Below are positions 28,881 to 38,477 of a stretch of 64,000 nucleotides of DNA, one piece after another. This DNA is from an uncultured Gemmatimonadales bacterium. GTDB taxonomy: Bacteria > Gemmatimonadota > Gemmatimonadetes > Gemmatimonadales > Gemmatimonadaceae. Where the stretch lies: NCBI GenBank assembly GCA_963850905.1, contig CAWKMU010000004.1:416001-480000 (forward strand), read 5' to 3'. A program made the position numbers and the translations under genes. A model generated the notes under the pieces. It had not been told where the DNA came from and made no database searches. It saw only the letters and a program-made list of their open reading frames with translations. The first letter of the stretch is position 1. Every line of letters begins with the position of its first letter.

Positions 28881-29031
28881 GTGGCGCTGATGTGTCGTCG
28901 ACTTCTATGGTAGGCGAGACAGTCGGATCGCGAAGACGTGGGAACACCGCGCAACCGCAGCGAGAGGGCGGTCTGCCGCGTCGCAGGGGCCTGCTTCGAG
29001 GCGCCGACGAGCATGGACTGGACAAGCCAGA

Positions 29032-29841
29032 ATGCCTCGTGACGACACGCGCGTGTGGCGCCGAATCCTCGCCGACTCCATCGGGACCTTCTGCCTCGTC
29101 TTCATATCCGCTGGCGCCACCATCGTCGGCGCATCGACCGGGGGCGTCCTCAGTCTGGCCGGCATCGCCTTGGCACTCGCCTTTGTGATTGTCGCCCTCT
29201 TCCACACAGCCGGCCATTCGAACGGCACATCCCACGGTTCGGTGCATGGAAGTTTTCGGTCGACTCGCCGGGCCTCGTCACTCGCCGTGCCATCCTACGT
29301 CGTTGCCCAGTGTGCCGCTTCTATCGTGGCCACGGTTCTCCTCCGGGTGCTGGTCGGGCCGGCGGCGAGAATTGGAGTCATCCCGTGGTCGGCGATGCTA
29401 CCCGTCACCGACGCGATGGCGTTGGGAGTAGAGTCTTCACTGGCATTCATGCTGACATTCGTGCTGCTCGCGCTCGCGGCCGACGGACGTGTATCCCAGC
29501 GGTTCGCCCCCGTTGCGGTCGGTTTGACCGTCGGCTTTTGCGTCCTCACTAGCGGGTTATTGCCCAGCCCCTCCTTCGCTCCGCCGCAGGCCGGCGGCCT
29601 GGTCATCGTCGGTGCCAGCAGCTCGCACTGGATCTATTGGATTGCCCCGATCGTAGCGATGGTGGCCGGGTCCCGAAGCCACGACGCCCTCCGGGGCGCA
29701 GCCGCTCCGCGATACGCGCCGCGCGAAATGCGCGGGACGGACCGGCCCACCAGCAACGTGGTTGATGATGTGCGTCGTACACACGCATTAGGTCCTCGGC
29801 ACCGCAGCCACCGCGCGCACACAGTGATACGCCCGGCGTAA
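29032..29841 (+). CDS. Divergent MIP/aquaporin-like membrane protein lacking both NPA motifs
   Basis: ADSIGTFCLVF, YVVAQC, VESSLAFML.FV and HWIYWIAPIV are MIP-like, but no NPA is present. Confidence 0.7.
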   Translation: MPRDDTRVWRRILADSIGTFCLVFISAGATIVGASTGGVLSLAGIALALAFVIVALFHTAGHSNGTSHGSVHGSFRSTRRASSLAVPSYVVAQCAASIVATVLLRVLVGPAARIGVIPWSAMLPVTDAMALGVESSLAFMLTFVLLALAADGRVSQRFAPVAVGLTVGFCVLTSGLLPSPSFAPPQAGGLVIVGASSSHWIYWIAPIVAMVAGSRSHDALRGAAAPRYAPREMRGTDRPTSNVVDDVRRTHALGPRHRSHRAHTVIRPA

Positions 29842-29852
29842 TGCGTCGCGAG

Positions 29853-29876
29853 GTGTGGGCGACGCATGCGTCGCCC
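29853..29876 (+). repeat. REP-like hairpin
   Basis: gtgtgggcgacgcatgcgtcgccc. Confidence 0.7.
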
Positions 29877-29955
29877 TGCGCGCGCCGGCACGACCGTGTA
29901 GGAACATGAAGGCCGGAGAATCTCGCGTGGCGTGTCGTACAGGACGTTTCGACCC

Positions 29956-30217
29956 ATGGCCCCCACAGACCTGCCAGCAGTGAATCGGTCGGAGACTACG
30001 CCGCTCGTGCGACTTCGCACAGTCACAGTGGTCGATCCTGACACTGCAGTCAGAATGGAGTGTGTCCGAGATCGTCGCCTTCGCGTTGCCAGGCGCCCCC
30101 CGCGCGACATGCCTCGTGTTCTCGGCGGACGGCGTGGCCCGCCGGATCTGGAACTATCCAGCCAACTGGGCCGATCTCCACGCGCGGGAATTGATCAAAC
30201 TCAGCTGGCAGACCTAA
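29956..30217 (+). CDS. Small hypothetical protein split by a +1 indel near 30052
   Basis: MAPTD...TVVDPDTAV, then in the shifted frame EWSVSE...CLVFSADGVARRIWNYPANWADL..ELIKLSWQT*. Confidence 0.55.
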
Positions 30218-31731
30218 CGGGCACTCGTCGGGTGCGCCTCTGATGCCCCCCAAAGCGTCGCCGACTCCGTCGAGCTCGGGTAGTCACGAGGCAACACGAG
30301 AGTAAAGACGGAACCCTCACCCGGCGTGCTGCGGGCGACCACATCGCCGCCCATCGCGCGCGCAAGCTGCCGGCTGATCGCCAGCCCAAGCCCCACACCT
30401 CTGTGCTCGCTGTCCAGCGTGCGCCCCACTTGGACAAACGGCTCGAAGATGTGCTCGAGCTGGTCCGGTTCGATGCCGCGCCCCGTGTCCCGCACCTCGA
30501 TGTCGACCGCATCGTTCGCGCTCGGTGCAATGACGATGCGTCCGCCGGATGGCGTGAACTTGACAGCGTTCGTGAGCAGATTGAGCAGGATCTGCAGCAC
30601 CTTGTCCCGATCTGCCCGGGCAGCCAGCGCCCCATCGCCCGACAAGGATTCGAGTGATACCTGCTTGCTCAACGCATGAGGCTCGACCATCCCACTTGCG
30701 GCCGCGATGACCTCGCCCACCAGCATGGGTCCGGCGGAGACCTCGATCGGTGAGGCTTCGTTGCTGGCGAACCTGAACATGTCGTTGATGAGCGACAGGA
30801 GGTGGGTGGCCGCGCGATGAATGCGCTCGATGTCGGTCGTTTGGACCGGGCTGAGCGCGCCGCGCACCCCGGCGGCTAATAAATCGGTGTAGCCGATGAT
30901 GGCGTTGAGCGGTGTGCGGAGCTCGTGACTCATGGTCCGAAGAAATGCCAGCTTGGACTGGTTGGCGTCCTCCGCGCTACGCCTCGCCGACTCTGCCGAT
31001 TCGCGTAGGGCGTCCAGCGTCGCAGCGTGCTTACGCAGCAAGTCACGCTGTCTCGCCAAGGCGGCCTGCGCTGCAATGTGTGCGTCCAATTCGCGCAGGA
31101 ATCGCATGTGCGCGATCATCGCGAAGGTCACCGCGATGAGCGTCCCCAGCAGAACGGATGCGTTGACCAGTCGCTGCTGGTGCTGTGCCGCCAATAGACG
31201 CGTGTTAAACACGGGCAAGAAGAGATTCTTGAGCGATGCCGCTGCAACCCGCGCCTGTGTCAGCTCCCCGTCGGCACGCATCTCAGCATCCCGCAGGACC
31301 GTCGAAGCGCCGGATCGTCGAAGCGTCACGGCTGTATTGCAGGCGGCCAGGGTCGCCGTCGTGGAGCGAGTCAACGTATCGAGCCAGGCCATTGCGACAG
31401 GCAGGCCGCTAAGCGCCTTACGCACTTCGTCCCTGGCGTGGGTGACGGCCGCGACCGCGGTGGTCATCTCACCCGTCCACGTGCTCGTATCCGGCTCGAT
31501 GAAGCCGCTGACCGCGTCACGGGCCGTGGAGGCGCCACCGACTGCATCATCAATGGCCATTTCTGCATCGGACGTCAATCGAACGAGCGCTTCACGGCGA
31601 AAGGCTTCCCTGACGCTTTCGAACCAGAGACTGGCAAACACCGCGACGATCATCGGTCCGGCAATACCGAGTATCCATCGATCGCGCCGGCTGAGCCACT
31701 TCTTGTGCGGAGTCGTGCGTCGCATCGCCAT
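30214..31731 (-). CDS. Two-TM sensor histidine kinase with a helical (CHASE3-like) periplasmic domain
   Basis: FLRTMSHELRTPLNAIIGY, QILLNLLTNAVKFT, DTGRGI, GVGLGL. Confidence 0.9.
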   Translation of the reverse strand: MAMRRTTPHKKWLSRRDRWILGIAGPMIVAVFASLWFESVREAFRREALVRLTSDAEMAIDDAVGGASTARDAVSGFIEPDTSTWTGEMTTAVAAVTHARDEVRKALSGLPVAMAWLDTLTRSTTATLAACNTAVTLRRSGASTVLRDAEMRADGELTQARVAAASLKNLFLPVFNTRLLAAQHQQRLVNASVLLGTLIAVTFAMIAHMRFLRELDAHIAAQAALARQRDLLRKHAATLDALRESAESARRSAEDANQSKLAFLRTMSHELRTPLNAIIGYTDLLAAGVRGALSPVQTTDIERIHRAATHLLSLINDMFRFASNEASPIEVSAGPMLVGEVIAAASGMVEPHALSKQVSLESLSGDGALAARADRDKVLQILLNLLTNAVKFTPSGGRIVIAPSANDAVDIEVRDTGRGIEPDQLEHIFEPFVQVGRTLDSEHRGVGLGLAISRQLARAMGGDVVARSTPGEGSVFTLVLPRDYPSSTESATLWGASEAHPTSAR

Positions 31732-32092
31732 GCCACCAATGACACGGGCCCTATCGAGACGACGTACGCGGTCGCGCTGACGGGCGCGGTTCAGGACCCC
31801 GCGATACCGGACGCGCCGAGCGCCGCCATACGTCACCCCGGACTTCGGCTGCACACGTGTCGAGTAGCCTCGGTCACGAGTGAGCCTGTGAGTTCCTTGA
31901 GCAGGATCTCCGCGCGCGTGCCAAGCGCCTAGTGGCTGTTGGTCGACAGGGCGCGCGCGAGTGCGTCACTGTCTCACCGCCGCTGCGGCCAAAGCTCGAG
32001 ATGGAGATGCCGTCCCTCAATCGCGCCCGCCGCTTCGCTCCTTGACGTCGTCTGCCTCGCATACGGCCCGATCAGCCTGGTCCCCCGACGCG

Positions 32093-32106
32093 CCGACCAA
32101 GGTCCA
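32093..32106. promoter_or_regulatory. Palindromic box CCGACC-AA-GGTCCA
   Basis: Divergent region upstream of ATG 32211. Confidence 0.62.
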
Positions 32107-32210
32107 CTGTTACTCACAGTCTACGAGGAACACTGTGCGCACATTCGAGGCGCGGCGACACGTTCACGAAGCCAGCGGCATGACGACCCACGACGCGGAG
32201 GACTCTGGCG

Positions 32211-33351
32211 ATGCGCCGCTCGACGCAAGTGATCGTTCGTGCCATGTGCGTCGCCCTGGTGACAGTATTGCTCGGCTGCCCGCACGTGCCAACACAATCC
32301 GGCGCATTGGCCACCATCGAGGACCCGGCGGTGACCGCGATGCAGCTCAAGCTGCGCGTCTACGCAACCGCTAGCCAGGTGAATGCCGTCATTGAGACCG
32401 CAGCCGACAGCATTCGCGCGAAGGGCGCTCTTCCCACGGTTCGCGAACGAGCGCTACTATGGAAGCTGTCGGCCATTCCCGCCGTGGAAGAGGCATCGCT
32501 GGAGACTGATCCCACCGTCGCGGCGGTCGACCTCTGGGCATTCTCCGTACAGCAGCGCAACTATTTCGGTACTGGCGACGGGCGCGACGCATTCGGCTCG
32601 TTTGAGCACATCGCGATTGCTGCCGCGGATACGATCGAGGGCGTTGTTCGGGCGCTGATTGCCGGCATTCGCACGACGAACACGATTGCGCCAGCGGCGG
32701 ACGCCCGAGTAGAGGCCTGGGCGGCACAGCACCCGATCTACGGGCCGGCAATGCATCGTGAGTCCGTCCTTGCCTCGGATTGGCAGGCGCTCGGGGTACA
32801 CTCGCAGAGCCTCGGGAGCGCGGTCGCCAGAGTGGAACAGTCGCTCACAGACGCCAACCAACGACTCGGGTACATGAACGAAGGGTTGCTCGACCGCGTG
32901 ACGTGGCAGGCACAACTGGCAGCAAGCACCGCGCCGGTGACCGACCGCCTGGACACCCTCGCCGGCGACGTGTCCATCGCCATGCGGCGAATCGCTGTAT
33001 TCGCGACCGGCGCGCCATCGAGATTCGAGGAGGAGCGGCGTGAGCTGTTCGCCGCTATCGATGGGGAACGTGCGCGAGTGTTCGAGTCGATCACCGCGCA
33101 GCGAGTGGCTATCGCGGACGACTTACGCACCGGACGGCAAGCGGTCTTCGACGACCTGCGGCGGGAGCGAGTCGCAACTCTCGTTCAGGCCGATAGCATC
33201 ACGCAGCAGTCCATCGACCGCGCGGATGCCGCAGCGCGTCGACTCGCGCGCGACGTCGCCCTGTTAGCTGGCCTCGCTGATCGTCCTCGCCGGCGTCGTC
33301 GCCGATGTCGTCGTCACTCGCGCCAGCAGACGGAGGGCCGTGCACGCCTGA
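32211..33351 (+). CDS. Helical lipoprotein with probable C-terminal TM anchor (indel near 33275)
   Basis: Lipobox LLGC, ALLWKLSAIP..DP.VAAVDLW and coiled-coil ERxA repeats. The shifted frame gives LIVLAGVVADVVV...* at 33351. Confidence 0.7.
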
Positions 33352-33355
33352 CCGT

Positions 33356-33436
33356 CGGAGCAGCAGTTCGTTGGCTTCTCGGCGGAGCTGCAGTTCGCTC
33401 GCTTCTCGGCGCAGCTGCAGTTCGTTGTCTTCGTGG
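33356..33436 (+). repeat. 27-bp tandem repeat, 3 copies
   Basis: cggagcagcagttcgttggcttctcgg-like units start at 33356, 33383 and 33410. Confidence 0.8.
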
Positions 33437-33499
33437 GGTTGCCCTTCGTCTATTTTCTACTTTCTGTAGTTCTACTCTCTAGCGCGAGCGAAGCAAGCG

Positions 33500-34900
33500 C
33501 TACGGGCCCCCGGCGAGTCGGAACCCGACGATGAGTGTCGCGGCGGTGTAGCCGACCTTGGCGCCACCGGGGACGATCGGGATGCCGCTCGACGTCGTTC
33601 CAGCGGTGGACGATTCCGTGTACGAGCCAAACGCAATGTCACCACCGAGCACAAATTGCGAGCCCGCGAGCCCCCACGACGCCCCGGCGGTCACATGCAC
33701 GAGATTCCATTGGGCAAGCAAAGCGTTGTTCTCATCCGGTGCGCCGATCGCGCTGTTGTCGGTGCGAAAACTCGCGTAGCCCGCTACCGTGGTGCCGAAC
33801 CGGTGCTTGACTCCAAGGCCGCCATTCACCACCGACTTGAGTTGCTCATCCACCGTGCCGGTCAGTGGCGGGCCGCCGGTCGCCGGTGTGAGCGGCAGCG
33901 GCGACAGGATCGAGTATTGGTCGACGGAGCCGAACCACTCGCCTGACACGTACAGCGTCGTCGCAGTGTGTGGGGGCCCCCAGCTGTAAGATCCGCCCGC
34001 GCCGATCGCGAATGGCGAGTTGATCGTGGAGGACAGGTTTTGCTGATAGCCGATTGCAATGCTGGGAGCTGTCGGGCCCGTGCCGCTTACGCCTTGGTTG
34101 ATGGTGGTCAACGTGCGGCCGACCGAGCCGCTGCCGAACAGATTGGCCCGGGGCGTGGTGATGACGAGCCCCGCAGTGAAATTGGGGTACACGATCCCGA
34201 GCCCGACCTTGGCCAGCAGGCCCCAGTTCGTGTAGCTGAAATCGGCCTCGCGAAGGTCGACGCCGCCAGCACCCGATGTGCCGAGTGCCGCCGCGAGCCC
34301 TGAAAAGTTGGCCGTTTGGCTGTGGACGGTGACGTACGGCGTGATGCCAAGGCCAATGTGTTCGTTGAACGGGTGTGAATACGTGATCCCCCCCCAGTAT
34401 TCCTCCATGTGCTGGTTCAGGATCAAACTGGCGGAGCCATAGCTGAGCTGCGGGCTGTCGATCGCCGAGTCGATAGGCAGGTTGCGTCCCTGAATCTGCG
34501 CGTCCAGTCGCTGGCGGGTCAGAAAGGAGTAAGCCAGGCGATCGTGTCCATGGAGGTGGATCTCGCCCGCAAACAGTGTGGGGACGCCGACGACCGACGA
34601 CGACCCGAGATTCTGCTTCGGCCCAAGGCCATTCACATAGCTGATCGATGAGAATTGATATGCGCTTCCCGCGATCGCGAGCCCCTTGTTGGTACTCAGC
34701 GAGAGCGAGCCGGGATCATAGTAGGTCGTCCCGATGTCGACCGGACTGCCAATAACGACGCCGCCGAGGAGTTGCGCCTCCGTCCCGTACGCGATGTTCC
34801 AGTATTGCGCGTCCTGCGCAGACACGATACGAGGCATGGCACTGCCGGCCAACGCCGCGAGCAGGACCCAGCGTCCACATCGCAGAGCACGCGTCACCAC
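33500..34900 (-). CDS. FadL/OmpP1-like outer-membrane transporter (start uncertain)
   Basis: Signal VSA-QD, hatch-like LLGGVVIG...TYYDPGSL, long beta-strand pattern. Confidence 0.7.
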   Translation of the reverse strand: MVTRALRCGRWVLLAALAGSAMPRIVSAQDAQYWNIAYGTEAQLLGGVVIGSPVDIGTTYYDPGSLSLSTNKGLAIAGSAYQFSSISYVNGLGPKQNLGSSSVVGVPTLFAGEIHLHGHDRLAYSFLTRQRLDAQIQGRNLPIDSAIDSPQLSYGSASLILNQHMEEYWGGITYSHPFNEHIGLGITPYVTVHSQTANFSGLAAALGTSGAGGVDLREADFSYTNWGLLAKVGLGIVYPNFTAGLVITTPRANLFGSGSVGRTLTTINQGVSGTGPTAPSIAIGYQQNLSSTINSPFAIGAGGSYSWGPPHTATTLYVSGEWFGSVDQYSILSPLPLTPATGGPPLTGTVDEQLKSVVNGGLGVKHRFGTTVAGYASFRTDNSAIGAPDENNALLAQWNLVHVTAGASWGLAGSQFVLGGDIAFGSYTESSTAGTTSSGIPIVPGGAKVGYTAATLIVGFRLAGGP

Positions 34901-34933
34901 CACATGCTGTCGACGTCGGACAGCCCTGACCAG

Positions 34934-34947
34934 TCGACTTAGGTCCA
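34934..34947. promoter_or_regulatory. Palindromic box TCGACT-TA-GGTCCA
   Basis: Upstream of the FadL-like gene. Confidence 0.6.
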
Positions 34948-35048
34948 TTGTACGTAATCCATCACCGCTTCGTCGCATTGGGGATCCGTGATCGACTTCG
35001 CAGCACCGTCCCTACCACGATCTCTCGACGCACCACATCGGTTCGTCT

Positions 35049-35118
35049 TCCACCATCCAGTGTCTATCGTCCAACGTCTAGCGTCCAGCGTCTAGCGTCC
35101 AGCGTCTAGCGTCCAACT
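35049..35118 (+). repeat. TCYARCG heptamer tandem repeat (about 10 units)
   Basis: tccaacg tctagcg tccagcg tctagcg tccagcg tctagcg with degenerate flanks. Confidence 0.85.
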
Positions 35119-35130
35119 CAAGCATTCACC

Positions 35131-35151
35131 ACGACCATGGTCCTTGGTCCA
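35131..35151. promoter_or_regulatory. Overlapping palindromic boxes
   Basis: ACGACC-AT-GGTCCT at 35131 and TGGTCC-TT-GGTCCA at 35138. Confidence 0.62.
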
Positions 35152-35255
35152 ATGTCTCACACCAATTGCGGTCTGCTAATTAGCCGCAACGCAGTGGCGG
35201 AGTGAGCCGGTTTAGAAACACAGCAGCTTCGATGACGGTCGGCAGGAGGAATACC

Positions 35256-36392
35256 GTGGCGTTCAACCTGCTCGAATCAGTGTCGGACCTCACGAGCAAT
35301 GGATTTCCGGCTGCGGCAGCGCGATTCCTCGGAGAAACACCGGCGGCGACGAGAGCCGCGTTAGGCTACGTCTCGCCGGTCGTTGTCGCTGGCATCGCTC
35401 GACAGAGCCTCACCACGGAGGGTGCATCCGACGTCCTGGAGAGCCTCTCCTCGGCACCCGGCCTCGCGGATCTCCCCGATGCCAGTACGGTACTGAGTGG
35501 TGGGAGTCGAACGACCGGCCTGATCGCGCAGGGCACAGCGCTCGCTCGGCGATGGTTCGGCGACCGTGTCCAGTGGGCCGCCGGCAGCGTTGGTTCGCTG
35601 GCGAAGGTCAAGTCGGAATCGGCCTTGACACTGTTCTATCTCATGGTGCCACTCACACTGGCGTGCCTCAAGGAGCACATTGAGGGCGGCACCCAGGATG
35701 TCACCGAGCTCCAGCAGACTCTGGAGAGTCAATTCGCATGGGTCCAGGCGAGAATGGACCCCCGCGTCGCGGCGGCCGCAAAGCTTCGCAATGCTGGACT
35801 CGCTCGCGAGCCCGCGCCGAAACGACAACCATCGATTCGACCGATTCGTCCAGAGCGGCGTGAAGGCGAGACCGGGAGGTTCATTACACTGTCAGCCTTC
35901 GTGCTGGCCGCCCTGTTGCTGTTCGCGTTCCTCCGCGGACGCGCGACGAGTGCGGCCTCACACCCCGCACCGGCGTCCCCGCTGGTCGCCAGCACCGCGG
36001 CGCGCTTGGACCCGCACACGCGAGAAAACACGAGCACCACAAAGAGTGTCGCGACAGGTGAGGTGGCGTCGAGTGCCGCCGGCCTGCCAGTGATCGTACA
36101 CTTTGACGTGTCGTCAGCGGCGCTGTCGGCGGCCGATGAACAATCCGTCACGACGTTGGCCGACAAACTCACGCGCGACGGCACGCACATCGACATCACC
36201 GGGTACACCGATCAGACGGGCGGTCGGTCGTCAAACATCGCACTGGCGCGGCGTCGCGCTGTCACGGTGCACGATGCGCTCGTCGTCGCTGGCGTCCCGA
36301 CCAACCAGATGACGATGCGACCTCCCGCCGAGGTCGCGGACAGCGGCCCCGCGGAAGACGCGCGCCGCGTCGAGATTACGCTCGCGCCCTAG
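35256..36392 (+). CDS. DUF937-like N-domain / TM / OmpA C-domain protein
   Basis: AGGAGG then GTG. AAARFLGE..ATRAAL, a TM helix, VHFDVSS and ITGYTD..N..LARRRA. Confidence 0.85.
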   Translation: MAFNLLESVSDLTSNGFPAAAARFLGETPAATRAALGYVSPVVVAGIARQSLTTEGASDVLESLSSAPGLADLPDASTVLSGGSRTTGLIAQGTALARRWFGDRVQWAAGSVGSLAKVKSESALTLFYLMVPLTLACLKEHIEGGTQDVTELQQTLESQFAWVQARMDPRVAAAAKLRNAGLAREPAPKRQPSIRPIRPERREGETGRFITLSAFVLAALLLFAFLRGRATSAASHPAPASPLVASTAARLDPHTRENTSTTKSVATGEVASSAAGLPVIVHFDVSSAALSAADEQSVTTLADKLTRDGTHIDITGYTDQTGGRSSNIALARRRAVTVHDALVVAGVPTNQMTMRPPAEVADSGPAEDARRVEITLAP

Positions 36393-36497
36393 TATCACGC
36401 GACGAGAGGGCACGGATCGAGCCGGTCCCAGCGGCCGCGCCAATCCGCTTCGCTGTTCCATCGTCCCGAGTCCGCGGCTCGCGGCCGTTGCCCCCAC

Positions 36498-36511
36498 ATG
36501 ACCAAGGTCAC
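36498..36511. promoter_or_regulatory. Palindromic box ATGACC-AA-GGTCAC
   Basis: Upstream of the 36638 gene. Confidence 0.6.
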
Positions 36512-36637
36512 ATAGGCGTTCCTATGCGGTCCCTATAGGGTACGGACTGCAGGCCGATTGCCTGACACCGGAGCGAACCTCATTCACACCCTTTGTCCGG
36601 CGTCTGCACCAGCGCGCGGAGAGCATCCTAACCCCAT

Positions 36638-36889
36638 ATGGGCACAATCATCTACTGGCTCATCATCGGACTGATCGCGGGGGTCATTACCGGCAAAGTG
36701 ATGCATTCACCCGGTCGCGATCTGTTCAGTGACATGATCGTCGGCATTCTCGGGGCAATCATCGGCGGCTTCCTGATGCAATTGATCGGGTTCTCGTTCT
36801 CCGCGGGATTCATTTACAACATTCTCGTAGCAATCGCCGGAGCCGTGATCCTGACGTGGGTGTATCGGAAGATCAAGGCGCGCGCGTGA
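36638..36889 (+). CDS. GlsB/YeaQ/YmgE (transglycosylase-associated) membrane protein
   Basis: WLIIGLIAG...IVGILGAIIGGFL...VAIAGAVIL. Confidence 0.92.
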   Translation: MGTIIYWLIIGLIAGVITGKVMHSPGRDLFSDMIVGILGAIIGGFLMQLIGFSFSAGFIYNILVAIAGAVILTWVYRKIKARA

Positions 36890-36934
36890 AGCGTCGCGGA
36901 TGACACGCGCCTCTTCTTGTCTTGGGAGGACCGT

Positions 36935-37744
36935 ATGCGACTCCGATTCGCGTCTTCCATAGTAGCGCTCGTCGCCGTTGCGGCCCTCTCGGGGGCGGCA
37001 TTGGCACAGGCGTCCGCAATCCTATGTAAGGATGGGACAACCTCGACCACGACCGGCCAAGGAGCGTGCTCGCACCACGGTGGCGTGGCGAAGACTGCCG
37101 CGGATAGCGCGGCCGCAGGGGTAACCGCGGCGGGCGCAGCGGCCACGCACGCAGCCACGAACGCGACCAACACAGCGACGAACGCAGCGACGAACGCAGC
37201 GACGAACGCAAGCACGCCCGTCACCTGCGCGGATGGCACAACGTCGACCACGACTGGGAACGGCGCGTGTTCACACCACGGCGGTGTGGCCAAGAACGGC
37301 GGGAGTGCTGGTACAGGCGCGGCGGGAAGCGCCGCCGGAACGGCGGCCGCGGGTGGCGCCGCAGCAACCGGCGCCGGTACGGCGGCAAGCGGCGCCAATT
37401 CACTGGTCACATGCAAGGATGGCACGACATTGAATGGCGGGAAGGGCGCCTGCTCGCACCACGGCGGCGTGGTGACGAGCGCCGCTGGCGAGGTGCAAAC
37501 AGTTCCCCCATCGACGCAGACCGCACCACCACCCGCTGCTCAAAATCCGCCGCCGTCGGGTACGGCAAAGGGCACCGGATCATCGACGTCAGGGCAAGCC
37601 ACGGGTTCGTCGTCCCAGCACGAGGACAACAACCCCAACGGCGCGATCGCCCGCTGCAATGACGGGCTCTACTCGCACAGCACGCATCATCAAGGAGCCT
37701 GCTCGGGACACGGCGGAGTTGCGCAGTGGTTGGACCAGCCCTGA
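36935..37744 (+). CDS. Secreted DUF3761-like protein with four C.DG...GACS.HGGV repeats
   Basis: GGAGG RBS, signal peptide, four Cys/His modules joined by low-complexity linkers. Confidence 0.85.
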   Translation: MRLRFASSIVALVAVAALSGAALAQASAILCKDGTTSTTTGQGACSHHGGVAKTAADSAAAGVTAAGAAATHAATNATNTATNAATNAATNASTPVTCADGTTSTTTGNGACSHHGGVAKNGGSAGTGAAGSAAGTAAAGGAAATGAGTAASGANSLVTCKDGTTLNGGKGACSHHGGVVTSAAGEVQTVPPSTQTAPPPAAQNPPPSGTAKGTGSSTSGQATGSSSQHEDNNPNGAIARCNDGLYSHSTHHQGACSGHGGVAQWLDQP

Positions 37745-37834
37745 GCAGGGGCAGCCACAACCCGGCGCGGCGTGCACCCTCACTCCGCCGCCGCCGCGTT
37801 GCACGACGATTCCAATCATCGACTGGGAGGTCAC

Positions 37835-38350
37835 GTGGGCGTACTGGATGATCTTGGAGGCATTCTCAAGCAGTACTCTGGCGCAGCAGCGACGGCCAAT
37901 CCAGGACCGGCGGTGGCAGAGCACTTTGATCGGGTATCGAGTGCTGTTCCTGCGTCGACGTTGGCAGAGGGCGTCACTCACGCGTTGAGCTCGAGCACCA
38001 CCGGCGGCGGGCTGGGTCAGACGCTGAGCCAGTCGTACACGCAGGGCACTGGAGAGCAGAAAGCCGGGATCCTCAATACGCTCGTTGCTTCGGTTGGCGC
38101 AGCGACCGCGGGCCGCTTCCTCGGATCGTCCGCCTCACAAGCCCTCAACAGCGGATCGCCCCTCTCCCCGCAGCACGCACAACAGATCTCGCCGAACGCC
38201 GTGCAACAGCTGGCCGACCAGGCAGCACAGAGCGACAACTCGGTCGTGAATCGGCTGGGCGCGTTCTACGCACAGCACCCGACGCTCGTCAAAGGCCTCG
38301 GGGCGAGTGCCATGGCGCTGGTGATGTCGAAGCTCGCCAACCGGAGATAG
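37835..38350 (+). CDS. Hypothetical protein
   Basis: GGAGG then GTG. QKAGILNTL and FYAQHPTLVKGLG look like conserved segments. Confidence 0.75.
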   Translation: MGVLDDLGGILKQYSGAAATANPGPAVAEHFDRVSSAVPASTLAEGVTHALSSSTTGGGLGQTLSQSYTQGTGEQKAGILNTLVASVGAATAGRFLGSSASQALNSGSPLSPQHAQQISPNAVQQLADQAAQSDNSVVNRLGAFYAQHPTLVKGLGASAMALVMSKLANRR

Positions 38351-38477
38351 ACCTCGTCTCGTTCCACGAACTGTCCGGCAGCGACCAGAGTGCGCGGTGC
38401 GCTGTCAGCAGTGGTCCGGGCCGTAGAGGTCAGCGGCCAGCCACACAGCCGAACGTCCGGATGTCGGAGGAGTCACA

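Noticed and set aside
37149..37210. 12-bp tandem repeat acgaacgcagcg
   Set aside because: It is a coding low-complexity TNAA linker, not a separate element.
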